Shown one piece after another: positions 24,297 through 33,675 of a stretch of 42,560 bases of DNA; position 1 is the stretch's first letter; each line of letters opens with the position of its first letter. The position numbers and the translations under genes are program-made. Under the pieces are notes generated by a model that was given only the letters and a program-made list of their open reading frames with translations, had not been told where the DNA came from and ran no database searches. Origin of the DNA: an uncultured Gammaproteobacteria bacterium (lineage in GTDB: Bacteria; Patescibacteriota; Patescibacteriia; Patescibacteriales; GWC2-42-12); contig CAZKKV010000002.1 of NCBI GenBank assembly GCA_964553705.1, positions 1 to 42,560 on the forward strand. The letters are read 5' to 3'.

Positions 24297-24905
24297 ATGT
24301 CAGAAGAAAAGCAACAAAAAAATGAAAAGCCTACAAGTACGGTAGAAAATAAACCACCGAAGAGTTTTAAAAATGTTAATAATCGAAAGAGAAATTTTAA
24401 AAGCAGAAGAGAGGATTCAAAAGACGATTTTGAACAAAAAATCTTGGATTTAGCCAGAGTAACTAGGGTTATGGCTGGAGGAAAAAGAATGAGATTCAGG
24501 GCATGTGTAGCCGTTGGTGACAAGAAGGGTCATATTAGTGTCGGAGTAGCCAAGGGTGCAGATGTAACAATGGCGGTTTCCAAGGCTGTAAATAAGGCGA
24601 AAAAAGACATGATAGAAGTTCCGATAGTTAATAATACTATTCCTCATGAAATTTATCATAAATTAGGCGCTTCAAAAATTTTATTTAAGCCTGCCCGAAA
24701 AGGTAGGGGTATTATTGCTGGTGGCGTAGTCAGAGTTGTATTGGAATTAGCCGGCGTGCATGATGTTACAAGTAAAATCTTAGGTACATCAAACAAGTTG
24801 AATAATTCCAAGTGCACAATAGCTGCTTTGAGAAAACTTAAAAAAAATAAACCAACAGCTGCAGATAAAAAAATAAACCAGATAGACGATAAAGATTCTA
24901 AATAA
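24297..24905 (+). CDS. rpsE: 30S ribosomal protein S5 (N-terminal extension)
   Basis: ..RVTRVMAGGKRMRFRA.VAVGD..G..G.G.GKA..V..A. Confidence 0.97.
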   Translation: MSEEKQQKNEKPTSTVENKPPKSFKNVNNRKRNFKSRREDSKDDFEQKILDLARVTRVMAGGKRMRFRACVAVGDKKGHISVGVAKGADVTMAVSKAVNKAKKDMIEVPIVNNTIPHEIYHKLGASKILFKPARKGRGIIAGGVVRVVLELAGVHDVTSKILGTSNKLNNSKCTIAALRKLKKNKPTAADKKINQIDDKDSK

Positions 24906-24909
24906 AAAT

Positions 24910-25362
24910 ATGGTAATATCATTACACAATTTAAGTTCGACTAAAGGTTCACGAAAGAAGAAAAAAAGAATTGGACGTGGCAATGCTTCGGGTCATGGTA
25001 CGTATAGTACTAGGGGTCAAAAAGGTCAAAGGTCAAGGAGTGGTGGTAAAAGCGGTTTGAAGAAGTTGGGATTTAAGCAGACGCTCAAGGGGATTCCTAA
25101 ACATCGTGGATTTAAATCTTTGAGACCAGACAACCAGCCAGTAAATTTATCTGAAATCAATAAATTTTTTAAAGACGGCGACAAGATAGAGTCAAAAGGA
25201 TTATTTAAAGCAGGTTTAATTAAAAAGATTAATTTGCCAGTAAAAATTTTGGCTTTAGGAGAATTAACATTAAAAAATTTAACATTTTTTAATGTTAAAG
25301 TTAGTCAATCGGCAAAAGAGCAAATTGAAAAATGTGACGGAAAAATAATCAGTAAAGTTTAA
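24910..25362 (+). CDS. rplO: 50S ribosomal protein L15
   Basis: ..KKRIGRGNASGHGTYSTRGQKGQ.SRSGG. It starts 4 nt after the rpsE stop, so no L30 gene lies between them. Confidence 0.97.
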   Translation: MVISLHNLSSTKGSRKKKKRIGRGNASGHGTYSTRGQKGQRSRSGGKSGLKKLGFKQTLKGIPKHRGFKSLRPDNQPVNLSEINKFFKDGDKIESKGLFKAGLIKKINLPVKILALGELTLKNLTFFNVKVSQSAKEQIEKCDGKIISKV

Positions 25363-25380
25363 TTCTGTGAGAGTAACTAT

Positions 25381-26652
25381 ATGCTTCATAAAATAGTTCA
25401 AATTTGGAAGGCACGTGATTTACGAAACAATATATTGTTTGTTTTGGGCATGTTGGTAATCTTTCGCTTAGCCGCTCATATTCCGATACCTGGAGTTGAT
25501 GTCATTGCTCTAAAAGAATTTTTTTCTTCCAATCAAATTTTAGGGTTGATGAATATTTTTTCTGGTGGTGGTATGGAAAATTTTTCCATTGTTATGATGG
25601 GCGTAGCGCCATATATTACAGCTTCTATTATATTTCAGCTATTAGCTATGATTGTGCCGGCGTTGGAAGAATTAAACAAAGAAGAGTCTGGTCGACAGAA
25701 AGTAAATATGTGGACACGTTGGTTAACTGTTCCATTAGCGGCACTGCAATCATACAGTATGATTGTCTTGCTTAGACGTTCGTCTTATTCTATTTTGGGA
25801 GAATTGAGTTCTTTTGATATTATTTCCACAGTCATTATTATTACTGCAGGCACTATTTTCTTAATGTGGCTTGGTGAATTGATTAGTGAAAAAAAGATTG
25901 GTAATGGTATATCGTTATTAATTTTCGCTGGTATAGTCTCTCGTTTGCCTCAGATAACACAACAGGTAGTTTTAACCTTCGATCAGTCACAATTATTTGT
26001 GTTACTGGGATTTATAGTTATAGCCTTGATAACAGTTGTTGGAGTAGTTATTATTACAGAAGGTCAACGTAACGTACCAGTTCAGTACGCTAGGCAAGTT
26101 AGAGGTAATCGAATGTACGGTGGGACTAGTACTCATTTGCCATTGCGCGTTAATATGGCTGGGGTTATCCCAATCATCTTCGCCATATCGGTTGTTTTAT
26201 TTCCTTCAATGATTGCCCAGTTTTTTATTCATGCTAGAAGTTCATGGATAGCTAATTCAGCTGAATGGATTATTGGCATTATGCAAAATCAGTTGATTTA
26301 TGGAATTTTATACTTTTTGTTAGTATTTGCTTTTACTTATTTTTATACTGAAGTTATTTTTCATCCGACGCAAATCGCTGAAAATTTACAAAAACAAGGT
26401 GGTTTTATTCCTGGTATTAGGCCAGGCAGACACACGAGCGAATATTTAGCCAATACTACTCATAAGATAATCTTCGTTGGCGCTTTATTCTTGGGTATCA
26501 TTGCTATTTTGCCTTTGATTTTACGTTATTTTACCGGTATGCAAGCATTGGCTCTAGGTGGTACTAGTTTGTTAATCGTAGTGGCGGTGGTTATAGAGAC
26601 GGTTAAACAGATAGAGTCTCAGCTAACCATGCGAGAGTATGAGGGGGCGTAG
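25381..26652 (+). CDS. secY: Preprotein translocase subunit SecY
   Basis: 10-TM profile. N-terminal ..LRNNILFVLGMLVIFRL..HIPIPG and position after L15. Confidence 0.98.
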   Translation: MLHKIVQIWKARDLRNNILFVLGMLVIFRLAAHIPIPGVDVIALKEFFSSNQILGLMNIFSGGGMENFSIVMMGVAPYITASIIFQLLAMIVPALEELNKEESGRQKVNMWTRWLTVPLAALQSYSMIVLLRRSSYSILGELSSFDIISTVIIITAGTIFLMWLGELISEKKIGNGISLLIFAGIVSRLPQITQQVVLTFDQSQLFVLLGFIVIALITVVGVVIITEGQRNVPVQYARQVRGNRMYGGTSTHLPLRVNMAGVIPIIFAISVVLFPSMIAQFFIHARSSWIANSAEWIIGIMQNQLIYGILYFLLVFAFTYFYTEVIFHPTQIAENLQKQGGFIPGIRPGRHTSEYLANTTHKIIFVGALFLGIIAILPLILRYFTGMQALALGGTSLLIVVAVVIETVKQIESQLTMREYEGA

Positions 26653-26687
26653 TTTTGGAAAAGAAACAAGAAGTCAAAAGCCGAATC

Positions 26688-26709
26688 AACTCCAAAAATG
26701 GAGTTTTTT
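26688..26709 (+). terminator. Intrinsic terminator after secY
   Basis: AACTCCA AAAA TGGAGTT followed by TTTT. Confidence 0.65.
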
Positions 26710-26734
26710 GGTTTTTATAGGCATGTGGTATAAT
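26708..26734 (+). promoter_or_regulatory. Extended -10 promoter (TGGTATAAT) for the inserted genes
   Basis: TGgTATAAT at 26726-26734 with a weak -35 TTGGTT at 26708-26713. Confidence 0.5.
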
Positions 26735-26761
26735 GACAATATAGAGAATTAATTTATAAGT

Positions 26762-27289
26762 ATGGGTTATCAAAACGATGGGTTTGGAAAAATTCAATAT
26801 AAAGCCATTGGCAAAACTGAAGGAGAAGAAATTTTAAAAAAGATGGATAAGTATAGCCGACCCAAGGTTAAATCACTCTTGGGTATGTTGTCTGGGCAAC
26901 CGAAATCTTTGGCCAAGTTTCATAAATATATCAAAGATAGTGCTGGAAGAAAGGTTGCTAGCAAATTTGAAGAAGCGGCAGAAAAGCATTATGGTGGAGG
27001 AGTAACTGAAGTTCAAAGAAAAAGAAATGTTGCGAGCACTAAAGAAATTGACGATTCTTTTCTTCAGGAACAGCAGGACGCAGGAAGAAAAAAAATAAAT
27101 TATAGCGCTCTAGGAGATGTTGGAAAAAGAGACAAAGGAACAGCGTCAGATATCGGTATCAAAAGAGCTAAAGTTGGTTTTGCTTCAGGCAGCCCGCAAC
27201 AATCTGGTTTTGCTGGGAGGTCTGGTAAAACATCATTTCCACCAGCTAAAATAGGCGGTACGTCGCCAATTATTCCATTACAAAGATAA
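26762..27289 (+). CDS. Hypothetical protein (175 aa, low-complexity Gly/Ser/Lys-rich C-terminal half)
   Basis: ORF from the track; no motif recognised. Confidence 0.5.
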   Translation: MGYQNDGFGKIQYKAIGKTEGEEILKKMDKYSRPKVKSLLGMLSGQPKSLAKFHKYIKDSAGRKVASKFEEAAEKHYGGGVTEVQRKRNVASTKEIDDSFLQEQQDAGRKKINYSALGDVGKRDKGTASDIGIKRAKVGFASGSPQQSGFAGRSGKTSFPPAKIGGTSPIIPLQR

Positions 27290-27292
27290 CTT

Positions 27293-28276
27293 ATGATTAC
27301 AACGGCAATATTATTTATTTTAGGCTTTATTTTTTTGATAAAGGGGGCTGATATTGTAATAGACGGATCTTCGTCTATAGCCAAAAAGTTTGGTCTCTCG
27401 TCTTTTTTTATTGGTTTGACTATCGTGGCTTTCGGTACTTCGGCACCTGAATTAGTCGTTAGCGTTACGGCTAATTTTAAAGGTAGTTCTGGCATAGCAT
27501 TGGGAAATATTATTGGTTCAAATATCACTAATACTTTATTGATTTTAGGTATTGTCGCGCTTATAGCGCCCCTAGTTATCAAAAGAAGAACTATTCATAA
27601 AGAAATTCCCTATTCATTACTGGCTATTTTAGCCGTGGGTATTTTGTCTAATGATTTTTTAATTGTTCATGTTTCGCCAGATGGTTTAAATAGAATTGAC
27701 GGGTTGATGTTACTTTTATTTTTTATTATTTTTGTTTTTTATACATTTGGTATTTCCAGGGAAGAAGAAAATATTTTTCAAAAAACAGTTGGAGAAATAA
27801 AAAACAAAGAGGCGAAAGAATACAATGTGTTTTTGTCGATTGTCATGATTTTAATCGGATTGATAGGACTTATAATAGGCGGACAATGGATAGTTGAGGG
27901 AGCAATTTATATTGCAGAATATTTTAATTTTAGCCAAGTTTTTATTGGTTTAACAGTGGTAGCTATCGGTACATCTTTACCAGAGTTGGCGGCTTCTGGC
28001 ATGGCGGCTTATCGTGGACAGACAGATATGGCAGTCGGTAATGTGGTTGGGTCAAATATATTTAATTTCCTTTTAATTTTAGGGGTGAGTTCAACTATAA
28101 AACCAATTCATTATAATATTGATTTAAACATAGATATCTTAATTTTGTTAGTCGTTACTATAATGCTTTTGCCACTGATTTATATCGGCAAAAAAAATAT
28201 TATTGGCAGGTGGGAAGGAATTATTTTATTGAGTTTTTATGTAGTTTATTTTGGATTTTTAATTTTAAGAGGTTAA
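27293..28276 (+). CDS. Ca2+/cation antiporter, CaCA family (YrbG-like)
   Basis: Two alpha-repeats, GTSAPELVVS...GNIIGSNITNTLLILG and GTSLPELAAS...GNVVGSNIFNFLLILG, in a 10-TM-like profile. Confidence 0.88.
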   Translation: MITTAILFILGFIFLIKGADIVIDGSSSIAKKFGLSSFFIGLTIVAFGTSAPELVVSVTANFKGSSGIALGNIIGSNITNTLLILGIVALIAPLVIKRRTIHKEIPYSLLAILAVGILSNDFLIVHVSPDGLNRIDGLMLLLFFIIFVFYTFGISREEENIFQKTVGEIKNKEAKEYNVFLSIVMILIGLIGLIIGGQWIVEGAIYIAEYFNFSQVFIGLTVVAIGTSLPELAASGMAAYRGQTDMAVGNVVGSNIFNFLLILGVSSTIKPIHYNIDLNIDILILLVVTIMLLPLIYIGKKNIIGRWEGIILLSFYVVYFGFLILRG

Positions 28277-28288
28277 AAAAATATTTTT

Positions 28289-28960
28289 ATGAAAAAAAAG
28301 ATTTTTATATTTTTTGGTCCACCTGGTTCAGGCAAAGGAACTCAGGCTGATTTACTTTGCCAAGAAGTTAGTTGGCATAAAATTTCCGTTGGCGAACTTT
28401 TACGAAAAGAACTAAAGATGGGTAGTCAATTAGGTGAAAAAGCCAGAAGACATGTCTCTCAGGGAGAATTGGTTCCGTCTTTGATAATAAATAACTTGAT
28501 AAGAAATCGTTTGGATAAATGTAAAAATTATCAAGGTTATGTTTTCGACGGATACCCTAGAAATATTGAGCAAAACGAAAATTTTTTAAAGATTATAAAA
28601 GATGTATTTGGCGATAAATGTGATATTTACGCTTTAGAGATTTGGATAGAAGACAGAGAGGCAAAAGAGCGACTTGAGAATAGATTGGCATGTATTTGCG
28701 GAGCGGTTTATCACAAAAAATATAACCCTCCAAAGAGTAGTAATAAATGTGATATTTGCGGTAAAAAGCTTTTTATTAGAAGCGACGACAAGCCAAACGT
28801 AATTAAGAGGCGTTTAAAAGTATATCATCAGGAATCTGAGCCGCTTTTGAAATTCTGGGAAAAATCAGATAAGTTAATCAAAATAAATGGCGATAAAAGT
28901 ATTTCGTTAATACATCAAGGCATAGTGCGCAAACTAAAGACATTGGGATTATTAAATTAA
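28289..28960 (+). CDS. adk: Adenylate kinase (zinc-lid form)
   Basis: FFGPPGSGKGTQA; lid CICGAVYH...CDICGKKL..RSDD. Confidence 0.96.
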   Translation: MKKKIFIFFGPPGSGKGTQADLLCQEVSWHKISVGELLRKELKMGSQLGEKARRHVSQGELVPSLIINNLIRNRLDKCKNYQGYVFDGYPRNIEQNENFLKIIKDVFGDKCDIYALEIWIEDREAKERLENRLACICGAVYHKKYNPPKSSNKCDICGKKLFIRSDDKPNVIKRRLKVYHQESEPLLKFWEKSDKLIKINGDKSISLIHQGIVRKLKTLGLLN

Positions 28961-28968
28961 AGAAATAG

Positions 28969-29757
28969 ATGATAATAATAAAAACTAAAGAAGAGGTGGA
29001 AAAAATTAGACAAAGTGGCAAGATGTTGGCAGACATTCTCAAGCAAGTGTCCAGAGAAGTAAAGCCGGGAGTTACTACTGGCTATTTGGAAGAAAAAGCT
29101 TGTTCTTTAATTAAAGAAGCTGGCGCTCGCCCAGCATTCAAAGGATATAAATCAGATAATGAAGCAATAGCTTTCCCAACTGCTCTTTGCACCTCAATTA
29201 ATAACGAAATAGTCCATGCGCCAGCTTTGCCGGCGCGCGAATTAAGAACAGGAGATATAATCGGTATTGATGTAGGAATAGAATATCCATCCAATTCTGG
29301 TTCAGGTGGTTATTATACAGATATGGCAATTACTTTACCTGTCGGTAAGATAAGTCAGCAAGCGCAGAAATTGATTAGAACAACCAAGGAATCATTAGAT
29401 TTGGCAATACAACAAGTGAAGCCGAATAATAGTCTCTATGACATCGGAAAGGCAATTCAGGAATTTGTAGAAAACAAAGGATTTTCAGTAGTACGCGATT
29501 TGGTTGGTCATGGTGTTGGTCAAGCCATCCATGAAGATCCGCAAATACCAAATTACAAAACAGAAGCGGCTAAAAAAATTACTTTAAAGCCGGGTATGGT
29601 TATAGCAATTGAGCCAATGGTCAATATCGGTAATTGGCAGATAAAAATAAGTGATGATAATTTATCTATTTTAACTTTTGATGGTTCTTTGAGCGCTCAT
29701 TTTGAGCATACTATTGCTGTCACTGAAGACGGATGTGAAGTCTTAACTAAGATTTAA
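28969..29757 (+). CDS. map: Methionine aminopeptidase type I
   Basis: ..NNEIVHA.P....GDIIGIDVG...GHGVG..IHEDP.IPNY...IEPM...EHT. Confidence 0.96.
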   Translation: MIIIKTKEEVEKIRQSGKMLADILKQVSREVKPGVTTGYLEEKACSLIKEAGARPAFKGYKSDNEAIAFPTALCTSINNEIVHAPALPARELRTGDIIGIDVGIEYPSNSGSGGYYTDMAITLPVGKISQQAQKLIRTTKESLDLAIQQVKPNNSLYDIGKAIQEFVENKGFSVVRDLVGHGVGQAIHEDPQIPNYKTEAAKKITLKPGMVIAIEPMVNIGNWQIKISDDNLSILTFDGSLSAHFEHTIAVTEDGCEVLTKI

Positions 29758-29760
29758 ATT

Positions 29761-30153
29761 ATGATTAAATTTTATAAAAAATACTTGGGTATTGATTGGG
29801 GAAGTAAAAGAATTGGCTTGGCGATTGGCGATGACGAGACTAAAATTGCTACGCCTTTTAAGGTAGTCAAAGATATGAACGAGGTGTTACAAGTGATAAA
29901 TAATGAGAATGTACAATCAATAGTTCTGGGCAAGCCATACCAGATTTCTGATTCTCGGTTTCCAATTTCCGAACAATTTAATGATTTTCTAAGTTTGTTA
30001 AGAGCTAAGACGAAGGTCAGGATTGATTTAATTGACGAAAGATTGTCGAGTAAAGCAGCAGACGCTCTTGTCGGAGATAAAAAAACCAAAGCTTCTCGCG
30101 ATACCGTAGCGGCAATGTTAATTTTACAGAATTATTTAGATAAATTGCCATAA
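29761..30153 (+). CDS. ruvX: YqgF/RuvX-family putative pre-16S rRNA nuclease / Holliday junction resolvase-like
   Basis: LGIDWGSKRIGLAIGD...DERLSS..A. Confidence 0.88.
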   Translation: MIKFYKKYLGIDWGSKRIGLAIGDDETKIATPFKVVKDMNEVLQVINNENVQSIVLGKPYQISDSRFPISEQFNDFLSLLRAKTKVRIDLIDERLSSKAADALVGDKKTKASRDTVAAMLILQNYLDKLP

Positions 30154-30156
30154 AAT

Positions 30157-30864
30157 ATGGATAGTACATTTGGAACTCTTGGTATAATATTGAATCGTTT
30201 TCCAATTAACGATAATGATGTAAAAGCAGTAGTTTATACGGAAGATACAGGTAAACTGGAGTTGGTGGTCAGAGGAGCTAGAAAAATGAGTTCAAAAATA
30301 GCTGGACATATTGAGCCATTGAATTTAATCAATTTAATGGTGGTTAAGGGCAGACGTTATGATTACATCGGTAGCGCGATTTGTTTAAACTGTTTTTACA
30401 ACATTAAAAATAATTTTGAAAAAATAAAGAATGTTGGCGAAACAATTGGTTTTTTTGATTCTGCTATAAAGTTTGAAGAGCCGGATAAAAAAATATTTGA
30501 ATTATTAAAAAGTTTTTTAGAAGCAATAGATGCAAAAGAGTCCGCTAACGAGTTGTTGAGCGGTTTTTTTATTTTTAAATTATTAGTTGAACTTGGTCAT
30601 GGTCCGGAGCTATACGATTGTTTAATTTGTAAAAGTAAAATAAAAGAAGAAAATAATATTTTTGATTTAAAGCTAGGTGGTTTGGTTTGCCCAAAATGCT
30701 TAAAGAGACCGGGAAAAAATTATCAATTGACAGTTTCATCGGATTGTATTAAGATATTACGATTAGTTAGGGATACTAATATGGATAAATTAAGTTTTAG
30801 AATAGATAATAAATTGAAAATTGAAATGCAAAAAATAATTGAAAAATTTAAAAACTACATATAA
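30157..30864 (+). CDS. recO: DNA repair protein RecO
   Basis: N-terminal OB-fold pattern (GIILNRFPINDNDVKAVVYTEDTGKLELVVRGARK) and zinc motif CLICKSK...CPKC. Confidence 0.85.
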   Translation: MDSTFGTLGIILNRFPINDNDVKAVVYTEDTGKLELVVRGARKMSSKIAGHIEPLNLINLMVVKGRRYDYIGSAICLNCFYNIKNNFEKIKNVGETIGFFDSAIKFEEPDKKIFELLKSFLEAIDAKESANELLSGFFIFKLLVELGHGPELYDCLICKSKIKEENNIFDLKLGGLVCPKCLKRPGKNYQLTVSSDCIKILRLVRDTNMDKLSFRIDNKLKIEMQKIIEKFKNYI

Positions 30865-30879
30865 AAAGGAGGAAGAAAA

Positions 30880-31068
30880 GTGGAAGTTAAAGAGAAGAAG
30901 GAGAAAGGGTCTAAATATAGGCTTATCCATTTGAGGAGTGGCATTCCTCATGAGTTAGGTAAGGTTCCTGTAAATGAAGCTCGAAGAGTTGCAAGACAGT
31001 TTGGCAAAACTAACGTTCGTCTTGTGAGAATGACAAAATCCAAAGGAGGAGTAACGGTAAAATTTTGA
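30880..31068 (+). CDS. Small basic orphan protein F (62 aa)
   Basis: Perfect SD AAGGAGG (30866-30872) lies 7 nt before GTG 30880. A terminator follows. Confidence 0.55.
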   Translation: MEVKEKKEKGSKYRLIHLRSGIPHELGKVPVNEARRVARQFGKTNVRLVRMTKSKGGVTVKF

Positions 31069-31093
31069 AAGTTTTTTGTTTTTTCAATAATAA

Positions 31094-31124
31094 TGTCGGC
31101 TATTTTTTAGTAGCCGGCATTTTT
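31094..31124 (+). terminator. Intrinsic terminator after ORF F
   Basis: TGTCGGCTA / TAGCCGGCA (one G-U) followed by TTTTT. Confidence 0.7.
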
Positions 31125-31237
31125 CTTGCTTAAATTAGGTAAATGCGTTAAAATTATAATAGTTAAAAGCGACAATAAGACAGTGAATAATTAGCTAATT
31201 TTAGCTATTTTAATTATTTTTTAAATTTATATTTAAT

Positions 31238-33010
31238 ATGTTGAGAACACATACTTGTGGAGAACTAAGAAAAAAAGATGTTGGTCAAGAAGTTGAGTTG
31301 GCTGGCTGGGTGCATCGTCGTCGTGATCATGGTGGAGTTATTTTTGTTGACTTACGTGATCGCTATGGTTTAACCCAAATAAAATTTAATCCTGATATTG
31401 ACGAAAAAATTCATCAGGAAGCTGACAAGCTAAGGGGCGAATGGGTAATAAAAGTTAAAGGCAAAGTAATTGCCAGACCGGATGATATGATAAATAGCAA
31501 GTTAAAAACCGGTGAAATAGAGATTGGCGTGGCTGAATTAAAAATTTTTTCTAAAGCAAAAACGCCACCCTTTGAAATTGACGAAGAAAAAGGCAAAGAA
31601 GTAAAAGAAGAATTGAGAATGAAATACCGTTATATTGATTTGCGCAAACAGGATTCAATGAAGGCATTAGTCAAAAGACATGAGTTTATAAAATTCATTA
31701 GAGATTATTTGTCAAAATTAAATTTTATTGAAGTGGAGACTCCAATGCTTGGCAAAAGTACTCCTGAGGGAGCTAGAGATTTTTTGGTTCCTTCAAGATT
31801 GCATCATGGTAATTTTTACGCTTTACCACAGTCACCTCAGCAATACAAACAGCTATTAATGATTGGTGGAATTGACAGATATTTTCAAGTTGCAAAATGT
31901 TTTCGAGATGAAGACACTAGGGGGGATAGACAGGCTGAATTTACACAATTAGACATTGAAATGTCTTTTGTTGAGCGAGAAGAAGTCTTGGCTTTAACAG
32001 AAGATTTAATGACCAAAGCAATAGAAAAAACATTTCCTGAAAGAAAAATTTTATCAAAACCATGGCCTCGACTTGATTACGAAGATGTAATGTTCAAATA
32101 TGGAACGGATAAGCCGGATTTACGTTTCAATTTAGAAATTAAAGATTTAACAGAATTAGTAAAAAATTGTGATTTTAAGGTTTTTACTGATGTTGCAAAA
32201 AACAAAGGGGTAGTTAGAGCTATTTGCGCGACTGGTGCAGCGAAATTTACCAGGAAAGAGATAGATGAGTTAACAGAAATGGTAAAACAATATGGCGCTA
32301 AGGGATTAGCTTATATCACAATCAAAGAAAATAATGAATTACAATCACCAATTATAAAATTTATTGGAGAAGATTTAGTCAAAGATATAATCAAAGAAGT
32401 CGATGCTAAACCAGGTGACATAATATTTTTTGGAGCTGACAAAAAAAGTATAGTTTGCGAGAGCTTGGCTCAATTGCGAAATGAATTAGGTAGAAAATTG
32501 AAATTAATTGACGAAAATTTGGTTGCCTTGGCTTTTGTAATTAATTTTCCGTTATTTGAGGAAGATTTAGAAAACGGGCATTACGCACCTTCTCATCATA
32601 TGTTTACTTCTCCTCGTCAGGAAGATTTAAAATTATTAAATTCTGATCCCTCTGAAGCTAGATCATACCAATACGATATGGTGGGTAATGGATACGAATT
32701 GGGGGGAGGTAGTATCAGGATTCATGATAAAAAAATTCAAGAAAAAATATTTGATTTAATTGGCTTTGATGATAAGAGAAAGGAACAATTCAATCATTTT
32801 CTTAGGGCGTTTGAGTGTGGAGTTCCTCCTCACGGCGGCATAGCGCCTGGAATAGATAGACTGTTAATGGTATTAATGAATAAGCGAAGTATCCGTGATG
32901 TCATGGCTTTTCCAAAGACTGGCGATGGTCGAGATTTAATGATGGAAGCTCCTAGTGGCGCTGAAGAAAAACAATTAAAAGAATTGGGTATAAAAATTAA
33001 TAAAGAATAA
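31238..33010 (+). CDS. aspS: Aspartyl-tRNA synthetase
   Basis: MLRTHTCGELR...; class II motifs FRDED.R.DRQ.EFTQLD, GGGSIRIH and PPHGG.A.G.DRL. Confidence 0.97.
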   Translation: MLRTHTCGELRKKDVGQEVELAGWVHRRRDHGGVIFVDLRDRYGLTQIKFNPDIDEKIHQEADKLRGEWVIKVKGKVIARPDDMINSKLKTGEIEIGVAELKIFSKAKTPPFEIDEEKGKEVKEELRMKYRYIDLRKQDSMKALVKRHEFIKFIRDYLSKLNFIEVETPMLGKSTPEGARDFLVPSRLHHGNFYALPQSPQQYKQLLMIGGIDRYFQVAKCFRDEDTRGDRQAEFTQLDIEMSFVEREEVLALTEDLMTKAIEKTFPERKILSKPWPRLDYEDVMFKYGTDKPDLRFNLEIKDLTELVKNCDFKVFTDVAKNKGVVRAICATGAAKFTRKEIDELTEMVKQYGAKGLAYITIKENNELQSPIIKFIGEDLVKDIIKEVDAKPGDIIFFGADKKSIVCESLAQLRNELGRKLKLIDENLVALAFVINFPLFEEDLENGHYAPSHHMFTSPRQEDLKLLNSDPSEARSYQYDMVGNGYELGGGSIRIHDKKIQEKIFDLIGFDDKRKEQFNHFLRAFECGVPPHGGIAPGIDRLLMVLMNKRSIRDVMAFPKTGDGRDLMMEAPSGAEEKQLKELGIKINKE

Positions 33011-33043
33011 AGTTTAGTTTTAAATTGTTTTATTGTAAAAAAT

Positions 33044-33619
33044 ATGATTATAGCCGTGGACTGTGATGACGTGTTAGCCGATTCGATGGAAGTTTTTATA
33101 AATTATTATAATAAAAATTACGGTACTTCATTAACTAAAGATCATTTTTTTTCTAGTATGTGGTGGGATATTATCAGAGAAGATAAGGATGTGGTTATTA
33201 ATAGGTATTTAGAATTTATTGAGAATAAATGTTTTGATGAAATTAAGCCAGTTCCAGGAGCAGTGGAAGCAATAAAAAAAATAAAGAAAAAACATGAACT
33301 TATTGTGGTGACTGGCAGACCAAATAGTCTTTTAAAAAAAACAAAAAAATGGGTTAATGATTATTTTCCAAATTTTTTTAATGAAATACATTGTACAAAT
33401 TTACATTTTGCTAATGGCAATGGATTGACAAAAGGTGATATTTGTAAAAATAATAAAGTTGATTTATTGATTGATGATTATATTGAATTTGGACAAGAAT
33501 GCGTGAATAACAACATAGAGGTCTTTTTAATGAATCAGCCGTGGAATAAACAAGCCAAGTTATTGTCAGGAATAACAAGAGTAATGTCGTGGCAAGACGT
33601 AATGAGGAGAATTAGCTGA
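33044..33619 (+). CDS. HAD-superfamily 5'(3')-deoxyribonucleotidase-like phosphatase
   Basis: IAVDCDDVLAD (DxDxV nucleophile motif), VVTGRP, LLIDDY. Confidence 0.6.
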   Translation: MIIAVDCDDVLADSMEVFINYYNKNYGTSLTKDHFFSSMWWDIIREDKDVVINRYLEFIENKCFDEIKPVPGAVEAIKKIKKKHELIVVTGRPNSLLKKTKKWVNDYFPNFFNEIHCTNLHFANGNGLTKGDICKNNKVDLLIDDYIEFGQECVNNNIEVFLMNQPWNKQAKLLSGITRVMSWQDVMRRIS

Positions 33620-33675
33620 TTTTATTTGCGATAAGTATAGAGAATTAAAAAGAGAATAAGAGTAAAAATAATTTT

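Noticed and set aside
7739-27582. Opposite-strand ORFs inside well-supported genes, e.g. 7739-8137(+), 10420-10626(-), 11405-11641(-), 16919-17317(-), 21056-21382(-), 22919-23248(-), 24266-24523(-), 27100-27582(-).
   Set aside because: They are shadow ORFs with low-complexity translations, and each lies wholly within a confidently identified gene on the other strand.
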